Below the pieces are notes generated by a model. That model saw only the letters and a program-made list of their open reading frames with translations. It searched no databases and was not told the origin of the DNA. A stretch of 64,000 bases of DNA. It comes from Desulfatiglandales bacterium (GTDB taxonomy: Bacteria; Desulfobacterota; DSM-4660; Desulfatiglandales; Desulfatiglandaceae). Position numbers and translations under genes: made by a program. The DNA lies in NCBI GenBank assembly GCA_963662465.1, contig OY759599.1, positions 1,504,001 through 1,568,000 on the forward strand, given 5' to 3'. Positions within the stretch are counted from its first letter, which is position 1; each line of letters begins with the position of its first letter. This document shows, piece after piece, positions 19,784-29,383 of this stretch.

Positions 19784-20743
19784 TCAAGACTGGTCATACT
19801 CAATCATGCTGATGTGCCTCTGTGCAATTTCCGGATCTATCTGGATGACCATTTTACCACCTGAAAACCCTCGTACCTGGCCATCGGTGGCTGAGACAAC
19901 AATTGCCGTCGCCATCGTTCGCATCGTGACCGCGGCGGCGGCGGCGTGTCGGGTTCCGAGACCGGAAACCAGCTCAGTTTCAGCGGGAGGGGAAGTCAGG
20001 AAAACCCCCGCCGCCTGGATAAAGCCGTCGCCACGAACTACAAAGGCCCCATCGAGTTTAGACAATTCAACAAGGGCATCGTGGATGTCAGGGTTTGTCA
20101 GCATGCGGTTGGCCTTATTGTGCCCCTGAAAAGGATTGGGAACTAGTTGCTTGCTTCCTTCAAGAACCCTGATAGAATCCCCAATCATAAAGATGGCGCC
20201 TATAGGCTTTCCGCGCCGGGCCGCACGTCCGATCTTACAGGCGACCATGACAGCGGACTCCAGAACCGTAGGCTGAATGCCATCGGTGAGTTTAAGAAGA
20301 TCATAGACGGCAGGTTTTTTAAAATTCGCTTCCACTTCAGTCAGGACAACAAGATCTCCCCCTTCCTCATAGACATCACGACCGATTGCGCAGATGACAA
20401 AATCGCCGACTGAAACATTGGCCGAACGAAGAACCACCGAAACAGCATGGCGGATCTGAGTGTACTTGTCCGCCGTGCGAAGCGGCAGGCGTATGACCTC
20501 CAAACCCGCCTTTGTCAGGGTATCGTATGTTTCGCCATTGGTCGTGGCGGCAATGACCCGAAACCCGTCTGACAAACGAAAAAGATATTGGGCCAGCGCC
20601 CCGGTTTCAGTAATACAAATGATACCGTCAACTTGTGTTGCCTTTGCTACGCTGACAACCATGCGGGCCAGGTCTTCATCGGAACGCGGCGGTCTTGTGG
20701 AATGATTGGCGCTACTCATCATTGGCGACCCTTTCTTAATCAT
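19784..20743 (-). CDS. Diadenylate cyclase, DacZ/CdaZ-like (pyruvate-kinase-C-like N-terminus plus DAC domain)
   Basis: DAC motifs 'ELSKLDGAFVV' and 'GLGTRHAAAAAVT..AIVVS'; N-terminal 'IICITETGALA' resembles PK_C; no TM helices. Confidence 0.85.
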   Translation of the reverse strand: MIKKGSPMMSSANHSTRPPRSDEDLARMVVSVAKATQVDGIICITETGALAQYLFRLSDGFRVIAATTNGETYDTLTKAGLEVIRLPLRTADKYTQIRHAVSVVLRSANVSVGDFVICAIGRDVYEEGGDLVVLTEVEANFKKPAVYDLLKLTDGIQPTVLESAVMVACKIGRAARRGKPIGAIFMIGDSIRVLEGSKQLVPNPFQGHNKANRMLTNPDIHDALVELSKLDGAFVVRGDGFIQAAGVFLTSPPAETELVSGLGTRHAAAAAVTMRTMATAIVVSATDGQVRGFSGGKMVIQIDPEIAQRHISMIEYDQS

Positions 20744-21066
20744 CGCTTAACGGGAGAACCGGCAGTTTAAGGCAAGATAATTATCATACCACAAACAAAT
20801 ACCACCATGAAATAAAAAACGATACAAAAGATTATGCCTCCAATGAAACGCCTCCCGCGTTGTAAACCAGAATCATATCAATAGGGATCTGCATCAGGTT
20901 TGTAACCGAACGCATAAGTCTAAATGTTGTGGGATTGTATAACCCATCAAAATTAAAAGGCGTTTTCGGTAAACAAGAATGCATTATAAACAGTCATAAC
21001 TTGAAAGCATAGGAATTTCCATTTTTGATTTGGCATATCAAATAGTTGTTGCAGTGATGGCATTAA

Positions 21067-22401
21067 ATGTGTCAAAAAAAGCACATTATGCATATGCCAT
21101 CAAACCAAAAAATTGATAAGGAGACTTTCCGGACGATTTTTATTGATCATTGGGAATCATTCAAAGAGCATCATCCAGGGTATGATAATTCGCAATATGA
21201 AGATCCGGTTCAGAAAATGCTTGGTTGCGGCAAGGAAAGCGCCGGATATAGCGAGCACCGGTGTGTTTATTGCGGTGGTGATGTTCGCCGGATAGGTTTT
21301 AGTTGCAAGAGCTGTTTTTGTTTATCCTGCGCCAAGAAATATGTTGACGATTTTGTCAGTCAAGTGAGTAGGGTGCTTCATGGGGGCATGAATTACCGTC
21401 ACATTGTTTTGACAATTCCCGAGCAACTGAGAATCGTTTTTTATAAGGCTCGAAATGATGGACGTTTGTTATCGGCTTTTATGAGATGCGGGTACGAATG
21501 TTTGGAGGATGTTGTCGGAACGGTTCTTCGGCGGAAACTGAAAATAGGAACGATCGTCGTTGTTCAAACGCATGGTCGATCCGGTCATTATAATCCGCAT
21601 TTGCATATCATCATGACAAGCGGTGGGATAAATGAAGATCTGTGCGGTTGGTTTGATTTAAGGTTCTTCAAGTATGAGATTATACATAAGAAATGGCAGT
21701 ATCATCTATTCAGAATGCTCAAGTCCCATTTTAACAGCAGTGCGGTCGATAAACTTATTGATGAGCTGTGGAAAAAATACCCTAAAGGTTTGGTAGCCAA
21801 TGTGAGCAAGGGTAATGTTCCTGAGACATGTGGGGGTCTGGCGCGATATTTGGCGAAATATGTTGCATCTCCTCCGATAGCTCTGAGACGGATAATCAGT
21901 TATGATGGCCAATATGTTACCTATTGGTACAATGATCACATGACAAAATCCAGGAAGGTTGAAACCGTGGAAGTGGATGTTTTTATCGGTCGAATGGTTC
22001 AACACATAATGCCCAAAGGGTTCCAGCGGGTTCGTTATTATGGGCTACAGGCTACGAAAACTTTTAAGAAATGGTCGGAAGTAATACGGAAAGGGATGAA
22101 GGCTTTGGGGCGTGGGATTAAAGGAACGTATCAAGTCGTAAAAGCGAAAAGATATCGAGAACGTTATAAGGAGATCAGCTCTCAAGATCCTTTTTTGTGT
22201 CGTTATTGTGGCCATGAAATGGTGCTATGGAAGATATGGCATCCAAAATATGGAGTTTTATATGACGAATATGAAAACATCAAAAACGACAGGTACGGCA
22301 CGGTTACAGGACAAAATGACAGCGGGGGTGGAAGGCGAGGACTTCCCGTTCGGCCCTCCTCCGGAGGAATATCCTTACCGTTGTTCCCATTGCCGGCATG
22401 A
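21067..22401 (+). CDS. IS91-family (Y2 HUH) transposase
   Basis: N-terminal Zn motif 'CVYC..SCKSCFCLSC', 'HIVLTIP', HUH 'NPHLHII', 'YLAKYV', 'HIMPKGFQRVRYYG'. Confidence 0.92.
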   Translation: MCQKKHIMHMPSNQKIDKETFRTIFIDHWESFKEHHPGYDNSQYEDPVQKMLGCGKESAGYSEHRCVYCGGDVRRIGFSCKSCFCLSCAKKYVDDFVSQVSRVLHGGMNYRHIVLTIPEQLRIVFYKARNDGRLLSAFMRCGYECLEDVVGTVLRRKLKIGTIVVVQTHGRSGHYNPHLHIIMTSGGINEDLCGWFDLRFFKYEIIHKKWQYHLFRMLKSHFNSSAVDKLIDELWKKYPKGLVANVSKGNVPETCGGLARYLAKYVASPPIALRRIISYDGQYVTYWYNDHMTKSRKVETVEVDVFIGRMVQHIMPKGFQRVRYYGLQATKTFKKWSEVIRKGMKALGRGIKGTYQVVKAKRYRERYKEISSQDPFLCRYCGHEMVLWKIWHPKYGVLYDEYENIKNDRYGTVTGQNDSGGGRRGLPVRPSSGGISLPLFPLPA

Positions 22402-22552
22402 AATGAAGGTAAATGAAGCGATAATAGACGTCGAGATTGCAAAAGCAGAATATGAAGGAAGGAATGTGGAAGGCTTTATGCCCATTCTCGGTTGCCCTCA
22501 GTGCAATCGAGAAACAATGAAATATGCGCAAGGTAGAAAGCCCGCGCGTTAG
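22262..22552 (+). CDS. Small zinc-ribbon protein overlapping the transposase 3' end
   Basis: CSHC...CPQC; ends just inside the element terminus; start uncertain. Confidence 0.6.
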   Translation: MTNMKTSKTTGTARLQDKMTAGVEGEDFPFGPPPEEYPYRCSHCRHEMKVNEAIIDVEIAKAEYEGRNVEGFMPILGCPQCNRETMKYAQGRKPAR

Positions 22553-22887
22553 CGCGCTAAGTTCAATCCAAGGTAAGTCAAATGTTTGGCCGTTGGCTAA
22601 TTCAAAGGGACTTTTATGAGCATTTTTTTGCGCCAGGTAAAAATGGGACAAAATTCCTGATAGTCGCATGTGCTCGAAAGAAAAGACTTACCCATTTCTT
22701 ATCTCGAAAACTCTCAATTTGTTTTAGTTTACGTTTTATCCTTTTTAAATAATTGTCAACAATGGACGTTGTTTGTTTCGTCCCCTTTCTATTTTTATGA
22801 GAGGTATACTGAGTGGCATTTTCTTTTAACTCTGCCACCCTTTTTTTTAGGAATGGATGAGAAAATGCATCGTCATCTAATGCCTTC

Positions 22888-23229
22888 TTGGAAGCAAGAC
22901 CCAGGATATTGGGCGCACTGCTTTCCGCCGTTGCGAAAACTCTGGAAATAAAGCCCCAGATTGAAATCGACAGATTATACAGGATCGCAGACTTTCATGT
23001 CGGGGGAGCAGCTGCGGCTGAAGCTACAGGAATCGGAGTGGAAAACTTTGAGCAAACCCTCAGCAGGTACTATGGAAATCCAGTTTCTAAGGCGTCGAAT
23101 TCGTTACAGTTGTCTGAACCCCTGATCGAATCAATACTGCAATTCATGTCTGACCAACCCTATTGGGAAGGATATGCAAGTGATTTTGTAGAACTCCTTG
23201 TGGAATGCAAAGAGTCTTCATCAACTTGA
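22888..23229 (+). pseudogene. Fragment resembling phage/ICE replication-associated ATP-binding protein
   Basis: 'RPRILGALL.AV...RIADF...AAAE..G' and 'WEGYASDFVELL' resemble that family; no N-terminus. Confidence 0.45.
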
Positions 23230-23512
23230 ACATTTTTTGATGAATAGAAAAAATTTTAATGATCATAAAGTTGAAAAGGTAATTAATGCATTATATTATT
23301 TTGAAACTTATAATGGGTTTAATGGAAAGATGTTGCTTAACTCGTAATCATTTGTTTGAAATATGTCATTTAAGATAAGGGTTTCATCTGTTGCTTAAAC
23401 AGGTGAAACCCTTTTTGTTTTTTATTTGCATGTGAAGATGTTTCTATTGGTTTTTTCCTAACGGCGAAGTAGAGGCATTTTTTGGCGCCGGTTTTATTGT
23501 TTCTGGAAAAGG

Positions 23513-24078
23513 TTAAAACCCCCGCCTTTCAGGCGGGTAGCATTTTGCTAGCGGTTGGCTTATAATACTTGGCATGGAATACCGTCAAGGAAGCCACACT
23601 CGCTACAAGATTGAATATCATTTTGTTTGGGTAACCAAATACCGCTATCACGTTTTGCAGGGTGATGTTGCCCTTAGAGTTCGGGAACTCGTGCGACAGA
23701 CCTGCGAACGTTTCGAAATCCAGATAGTGCGTGGTGTGGTCAGCAAGGATCACGTGCATATTCTCGTTTCGGCGCCACCAAATATTTCCCCTTCGGACAT
23801 AATGCGAAGGGTGAAGGGAAGGGCGTCGCGAAAGATCTTTGAGGAATTCCCACACCTGAAGAAACGATACTGGGGTAAGCATTTCTGGGCGCGGGGGTAT
23901 TTCTGTGTCACATCTGGCGAGCTTACCAAGGACATGATTCAAGAGTATCTTGAGCACCATTTTGAAAAAGACCCAAACGATCGTTTCGATATCGAATAAT
24001 TTACCGGCTAAAGCCGGTCTTGCTGGACTTTCAGTCCGCGCTTTTAAACCCACCGTCTTCAAGACGGTGGTTGTTTAG
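23513..24078 (+). mobile_element. IS200-type element (tnpA only)
   Basis: Left hairpin CCCGCCT-TTC-AGGCGGG (23521-23537); right hairpins at 24003-24018, 24025-24037 and CCACCGTCTT-C-AAGACGGTGG (24050-24070); exact ends approximate. Confidence 0.85.
23574..23999 (+). CDS. tnpA: IS200/IS605 Y1 transposase
   Basis: 'YHFVWVTKYRY', HUH 'DHVHIL', 'FWARGYF', 'IQEYL'. Confidence 0.96.
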   Translation: MEYRQGSHTRYKIEYHFVWVTKYRYHVLQGDVALRVRELVRQTCERFEIQIVRGVVSKDHVHILVSAPPNISPSDIMRRVKGRASRKIFEEFPHLKKRYWGKHFWARGYFCVTSGELTKDMIQEYLEHHFEKDPNDRFDIE

Positions 24079-24105
24079 TTATGGAAGTGATCCTTCAGTT
24101 TTGCT

Positions 24106-25434
24106 ATGATTCCCCGGTCTGGTGTGAGGGATTATTTTATAGAAATGAAAAGACCGAAGGGATCGTCAATGGATTCAGCAGATACTTATGATCAAAAAAG
24201 ACTGGAAACCATCGGGTATAGTGCGTTCTGGCCTTCTTATGGAACTTTCGAATACTACGAGGATGCTTGCTATATCGCCGATACACCCGAGTCATTGAGG
24301 GCGTTTAAAGAGGAACTGTGTGATTCCTCTGAAGGAGAATATGAGACCGTAGCCGTTTCTGTTTCGGATGTCCTCGAAGATTTTGCTTTTTCAAATGGGT
24401 GGTATGCTTTTGAACGGGGAACTTTTGAAAAGTTCGTTAAGGTAATCGATGCTCTTGGCATTGATTGCAGGATGAGGCCTGAAGATCCTTCAACGGATTT
24501 TAGTGATGAGATATCCAAGGTTTGCATCCAGACCTTCGACGATGATTCAGATGATGACGTGGTTTTGGATATTCTGGAAGATCTGGCGATTCTTGACGGC
24601 GAATATAAAAGGGAGTCAGTTGACGCAGCCATAGAGCACAGGGATGAGATTATCCCTCTGCTCATTGAGACTCTTGAAGAGGTCTTTTCTGCTCCTCAGG
24701 AATATGCCAACAACCCGGATTATATTTTGCAGACGTATGCCGTGATGCTCCTTGGCCACTTCAAAGAGACAAAAGCGCATTCACCAATCATTAAACTACT
24801 GGAGTTACCGGAGGATACCGCAGACAAACTTTTGGGTGAACTCATTCATGAGAATATCCCAACCATTCTGTTCAGAACTTCCGGCGGTTCATTTGATGAG
24901 ATCAAATCCTTGGTGCTGAATAAATCCGCGTGGGTATATTCAAGGATGTCTGCATTGAGATCAATGGTTATTGCTGTTCTTGATGGCGCCCTGGACCGGG
25001 ATGAAACACTGGAATTTTTTTCTTCCTTGTATCTGAACAAAAAGGACGATTTTCCAGAAGAATTCTGGACCTCATTTGTTCGGTGTGTATATGATTTGTA
25101 TCCACTTGAGTTGATGGATACAGTCAAAGCGCTTTATGCTGAGGATCTGATTGAACTTTTCTTTGTTCGTTTAGAGGATCTTGAATCCGCCTTGGAACAA
25201 GATAAAGAAACATTCTTGGAAGAGCGGAGAATTGATAAACAGCGGCACTCACTGGACGACGTCCACAAAGCAATGTCCTGGTGGGCGTGTTTTAATCAGA
25301 AAAGGGATAACCCCCGTATCAGCCAGACCCCAGTGGACAGTTTTCAGGAACCCAAAAGAAAAACAACATCCAATAAAAAAAAGAAGAGCAAGAATAAGAT
25401 GAAAAAGGCGTCCAAGAAAAAGAACCGGAGGTGA
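24106..25434 (+). CDS. DUF1186-like helical-repeat protein with extra N-terminal region
   Basis: 'AAIEHRDEIIPLLI..YAVMLLGHFKETKAH', 'MSWWACF', lysine-rich tail; start uncertain. Confidence 0.7.
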   Translation: MIPRSGVRDYFIEMKRPKGSSMDSADTYDQKRLETIGYSAFWPSYGTFEYYEDACYIADTPESLRAFKEELCDSSEGEYETVAVSVSDVLEDFAFSNGWYAFERGTFEKFVKVIDALGIDCRMRPEDPSTDFSDEISKVCIQTFDDDSDDDVVLDILEDLAILDGEYKRESVDAAIEHRDEIIPLLIETLEEVFSAPQEYANNPDYILQTYAVMLLGHFKETKAHSPIIKLLELPEDTADKLLGELIHENIPTILFRTSGGSFDEIKSLVLNKSAWVYSRMSALRSMVIAVLDGALDRDETLEFFSSLYLNKKDDFPEEFWTSFVRCVYDLYPLELMDTVKALYAEDLIELFFVRLEDLESALEQDKETFLEERRIDKQRHSLDDVHKAMSWWACFNQKRDNPRISQTPVDSFQEPKRKTTSNKKKKSKNKMKKASKKKNRR

Positions 25435-25609
25435 ACGTTTTGTGAGGTTTCACCGGAAAATATTTCCTACATTGGAGGGTTATTTCTTTCAGTGGTTCAG
25501 TCGATTAGGCCTGTAACTAATAGATATGATGAAGAATCGTAGTTTAAACACCTTTCCAGCACGGTTGTTGCAGAGAACGCGAAGTAGATTTCCGAATGGG
25601 ATTTCAGCT

Positions 25610-25636
25610 TCAGGTTTTCCCTGTTTCTGCCGTTAA
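25610..25636 (+). promoter_or_regulatory. Putative sigma-28 (FliA) promoter
   Basis: TCAG-N15-GCCGTTAA vs consensus TAAA-N15-GCCGATAA, 40 nt upstream of ATG 25676. Confidence 0.5.
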
Positions 25637-25675
25637 TGATAATAGGGCGACAATAACCAAGGAGAAACCAACGCC

Positions 25676-26125
25676 ATGAAAATTGATCCCACACAGGAAC
25701 TCCTAAAAACACAGAACAAGACCTCTTTCACACGGAAACCGGATAAAAATGAATTCTCGGCCATGTTGAAGGAGGCTATTGAAAGTGATTCTTCAAGCGC
25801 CGTTCAAGACAAGAAGGGGCCGCAGATGATCAGCCTGGCACAGCTTCAGTTCACCACCCAATTCGCCGTTCAAAACAATCCCATTATAGAACGAACGGAA
25901 CAATTCCTGGACCTGCTTGAACAATACCAGAGCAAGTTGATGGACCCGCAGGCGTCCTTGAGAGATATCAATCCGTTGATCGGGCAAATGGAAAAGGAAA
26001 AGGACGCTCTGTCCCCTCTGATGGACTCACTTCCTGATGGGGACGAATTGAAAGATGTTCTCAATAATGCTCTGGTGACTTCGACCGTTGAAATGATAAA
26101 ATTCAATCGTGGAGATTATGTGTAA
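25676..26125 (+). CDS. Hypothetical helical protein, possibly flagellar-regulon associated
   Basis: 149 aa, AAGGAG RBS, 'FSAMLKEAI', ends 'KFNRGDYV'. Confidence 0.7.
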   Translation: MKIDPTQELLKTQNKTSFTRKPDKNEFSAMLKEAIESDSSSAVQDKKGPQMISLAQLQFTTQFAVQNNPIIERTEQFLDLLEQYQSKLMDPQASLRDINPLIGQMEKEKDALSPLMDSLPDGDELKDVLNNALVTSTVEMIKFNRGDYV

Positions 26126-26211
26126 TTTTTTGCTTTCTTAAATCCTTCCTATTCGATCTTCTGCCAACCAATGCTTTCGCTGTTTCATTTTTTCTTTCCA
26201 AGATTTTTCCT

Positions 26212-26242
26212 TTGACAATACCAGAACGGGCTAATATATAAT
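26212..26242 (+). promoter_or_regulatory. Putative sigma-70 promoter of the HU/IHF gene
   Basis: TTGACA at 26212; TATATA at 17-nt spacing, or TATAAT at 19-nt spacing. Confidence 0.5.
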
Positions 26243-26277
26243 TCGCTGAAATTAAACAATAAAGCAGAGGAAGAGTT

Positions 26278-26553
26278 ATGAACAGAATCTTTTTGATACA
26301 CGGTTTAGCTTATAAAGAGGGTTATTCTGACGCTAAATCCAAAGCTATCGTGGATACGTTTTTTGGTGGTATAGCTGATGCTTTAATCAAGGGCGACCGC
26401 GTGGAGATTCGTGGGTTTGGAAGCTTCAAGATAAAAGAGTACCCTGGCTATGTTGGTAGAAACCCTAAGACTGGGCAGAAGATAAACGTGAAACCAAAGA
26501 AAATGCCTTTTTTCAAAGCAGGTAGAGAACTTCGTGAACGGGTTGATTATTGA
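26278..26553 (+). CDS. HU/IHF-family DNA-binding protein
   Basis: 'VEIRGFGSF', 'GRNPKTG', 'PFFKAGRELRERV'. Confidence 0.93.
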   Translation: MNRIFLIHGLAYKEGYSDAKSKAIVDTFFGGIADALIKGDRVEIRGFGSFKIKEYPGYVGRNPKTGQKINVKPKKMPFFKAGRELRERVDY

Positions 26554-26698
26554 TAATTTAGACTATGTGAGGAGCAAAGCTTTCGTAGTTTTACAGGGTG
26601 AGATTTTCTTGCTTGGTTGATTTCTTCCGCAAGAGTAGGTCGTTTATTCAGTACCAGTGGTTTATTCGTAGTTTTTAAAAGCGTTTAAAACAAAAAAA

Positions 26699-28396
26699 TC
26701 AGGAGAAAAGGCGCAACACCGATTGAGCTGCCTGGGATGCCATGGTTAGAGATGTCATCCCGAGGGACTGCTGAGTCTGGAGCATGAGGGCGTTTGCTCC
26801 TTCTTCGTTTAGGTCGGCGTTGGTGAGGTTGCTGGCGCCCGTTTCAAGGACGTTGACCATTGAATCAGTGAAAGATGATCGGGTAGTGATGATGCTTAGA
26901 TTGGTTGATAGTTTTGATTGAAGGGTTCGGAGTCGTTCTTTTGCTGCTTGAAGTTCGTCGAGTGAGGATTGGATGTTTGAGGGGGAGTTCCATGAGGAGC
27001 CAGCACTGGGAGGAGGAAGGAGAACGGCCTGATTTGTTTCTCCATCATTAATCCAAGATGAAATGTCCCCCATTTGGAAGTCTTGCTAAAGACGGAGCTT
27101 TGCTAGAACTTGTTTCCGCCAATTCGAGTTCACTAGCAATAGGGTTTCCTTCAGAATCAAATTCCTGTGCGTAAATACCATATTCGCCTGTGTGATTCGA
27201 TGACCATGCTATTACAAAGCTGCCATCGGATAAATTAATAACACTTGGAGAGCTTTGGTAGCTTTGAAAGCCATCTCCTGAACCAACAATGAATTCGCTT
27301 CCTTTGGGATTCAATTCACTGTCAAAAAGTTGTCCACAAATGTCACTATTTGACTGCCATACTGCTATAAAATTATTGTCAGATATTGTCGCAAAGGAAG
27401 GAACGGTTTGAGTTCCATCAGTGTTCGTATTGACAGTAAATTCAAGTCCGACTTTATCTGCGTTGGCATCGTATCTTTGAGCAATGATATTTGAACCAAT
27501 TTGGGAATTTGAAGTCCAAGATGCTATAAAGCCACCATCAGGCATGGGAGAAATTGTATTTATAGAGGCGGGAGAAATGCCGCTACTGTTTATTTGAAAT
27601 TCTTCCCCAATGGGATTTCCATTTAGATCAAATTTTTGACCTTTTAATTCATGAGGAGCAAGGTCAGTGTCATAGATTATGACAAATCCATCATCAGAAA
27701 GCCCAAGCACTGAAGGTCTAAGCTGTTCATTTACTGTAGGATTGTTAGCTATGAAAGCATCTCCAACCTTATTGCTATCGCTATCATATCTTTGACAAAA
27801 TATGTCCCATCGATCATCTTCCGATGTAAATTCAACCCAAGTAACGACGAACCCACCATTAGATAGACCAGAAACTGCAACATTACCGGTTATAGTATGG
27901 TCGCTTGATCTAACTTCAAATTGACCGCCTACAGGATTTCCCTCCGTATTGTATTGTTGGCCAAGAACATAATCTGGCTGGTCAGAATAGTATTCGGGGT
28001 CATGGGCTCCCCAAATAGTAACATAATTGCCATTAGCTAGATTCGCTGTTCGCGGGTTCATACTTGACTCTATGTTTTCCAAATTGGTGTTAACCTGGGA
28101 TATAATTGGATTTCGATCAAGTGATTCAGAAGACTTAACCTCACTCAACCCCAAGCCCCGTAGCACTGGAACATTCCCCCTCTACGGTTAAACCTGGATT
28201 CACCAGCCGCATCAAAGTCTCTGGCTCGGTTGGTATGTTCTAGGGCAGTAAAAAAACTGACAGGATTATCCAGAGCTGAGTTGATCTTTTTTCCGGTGTT
28301 CAGGCGCGTAGCATTTACGGACAGGAGTTTAGAGGTCCTTTGAATCGCAAAAAGATTTTGTCGCATTCCGGATGTGAGGGCTATGGCGGCGTTCAT
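26699..28396 (-). pseudogene. Flagellin-like gene with repeat-domain insert, broken into three ORFs
   Basis: N-term 'LTSGMRQNL..RLNTGKKINSALDNP'; C-term 'NLSIITTR..LTNADLNEEGANALMLQTQQSL..SQAAQSVLRLF'; central 'LSNGGFVVTW' repeats. Confidence 0.85.
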
Positions 28397-28869
28397 GGGA
28401 TTTTCAGTTCATAGTTCCGAATGATGTCTTGAGATTCAGCTTTAAACTGCGTTTTCAGGGAAACAACCCAAACTTCAAATCAGTCTATTTCTGTTCAGCA
28501 GGGCATAAAGCGTATTAAAAAAAACCTTCGTTATTTTTTCGAAATCCATGATGACGATATGCTGTTCCAAAAATAGTAGTAGTGATAGCCCGTATTCAGA
28601 TGTGGGAAGATTGATTATTGAGTGAAAGAGGCAAATGTGGCATATAAATGTCAGATATAATGAACATTTTTATAACCGAAAAATAGAAGTATCGCAGCAT
28701 AGTTTTATCACTAAAGAAAATTCGTGATTTGCCGATAGTAATAACGAACGTTATTTTCTACATATATTTTTTTAATTTTACAAAAAACGGCGTGACCTTC
28801 ATGTTCAAATATTTGAGAATAAAGCAAATTTTGCAAATTTTTGTATGGTATATGAAGGGAGTGTCAACC

Positions 28870-29097
28870 ATGAAAAAGACAGTAGCCTATTTAAGGGTAA
28901 GCGCAGATAGCCAGGATTTGAATAACCAGAGATACGAAATACTTGATTATGCGAATCGAAACGGTTTTAGTGTTGACCATTGGATCGGTATTAAGATTTC
29001 ATCCCGTAAATCAACCAAGGAACGGCTGATTGACCAACTTCTTCAAAACCTCCAAGATGGTGACTGTTTAATAGTAGCGGAATTGTCACGGCTTGGA
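28870..29097 (+). pseudogene. Serine recombinase (resolvase) N-terminal part truncated by the IS21 element
   Basis: 'VAYLRVS..Q', 'GDCLIVAELSRLG', then similarity stops at the IS21 left end. Confidence 0.85.
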
Positions 29098-29347
29098 CTT
29101 CAACGCTAATCAAAACTGAACCAAGTTTGCTAATGGAAATTGAACCATTGGCTGTCACCGCCAGTGAGTACGGCCCTCAGGTATAGCGGACGATGAGGGA
29201 TCCATAAGTGGCGGCAAAGGAGTCGTTGATGTAGATTTACTTTTCAATAAATTTTTATAAAATCTATTTTCTTTGGATTTGGTTTTCTTCTTCCAAGACA
29301 GAGGCTTGGTTAAGTGGAAATGCGATTTACTTTGTAGAATGGATGGT

Positions 29348-29383
29348 GAAGGCCCGAAGTAGCCGCTTCGGGCCTTCTTTTTT
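29348..29383 (+). terminator. Intrinsic terminator-like hairpin in the IS21 leader
   Basis: GAAGGCCCGAAG-TAGCCG-CTTCGGGCCTTC followed by T6. Confidence 0.7.

Larger units (their letters stand above)
21004..22564. mobile_element. IS91-family rolling-circle element, 1561 bp
   Basis: Left junction CTTG|AAAGCATAGGAATT (ori-like), right end TTAGCGCGCTAA-GTTC; no target duplication; excision restores the host reading frame. Confidence 0.85.
20953..22890 (-). pseudogene. 3' part of a transposase-like gene interrupted by the IS91 element (segments ~22890-22565 and 21003-20953)
   Basis: ...TTSIVDNYLKRIKRKLKQIESFR...IRNFVPFLPGAK(fs)NAHKSPFELANGQTFDLPWI|QVMTVYNAFLFTENAF*; the frame is continuous when 21004-22564 is removed. 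Confidence 0.7.

Noticed and set aside
23513..25434. IS605-type TnpB/omegaRNA system
   Set aside because: Right-end hairpins follow tnpA directly; the downstream ORF shows no RuvC or Zn-ribbon motifs
28493..28519. Sigma-28 promoter for the flagellin (TTAA-N15-GCTGAACA, minus strand)
   Set aside because: Too many mismatches to call
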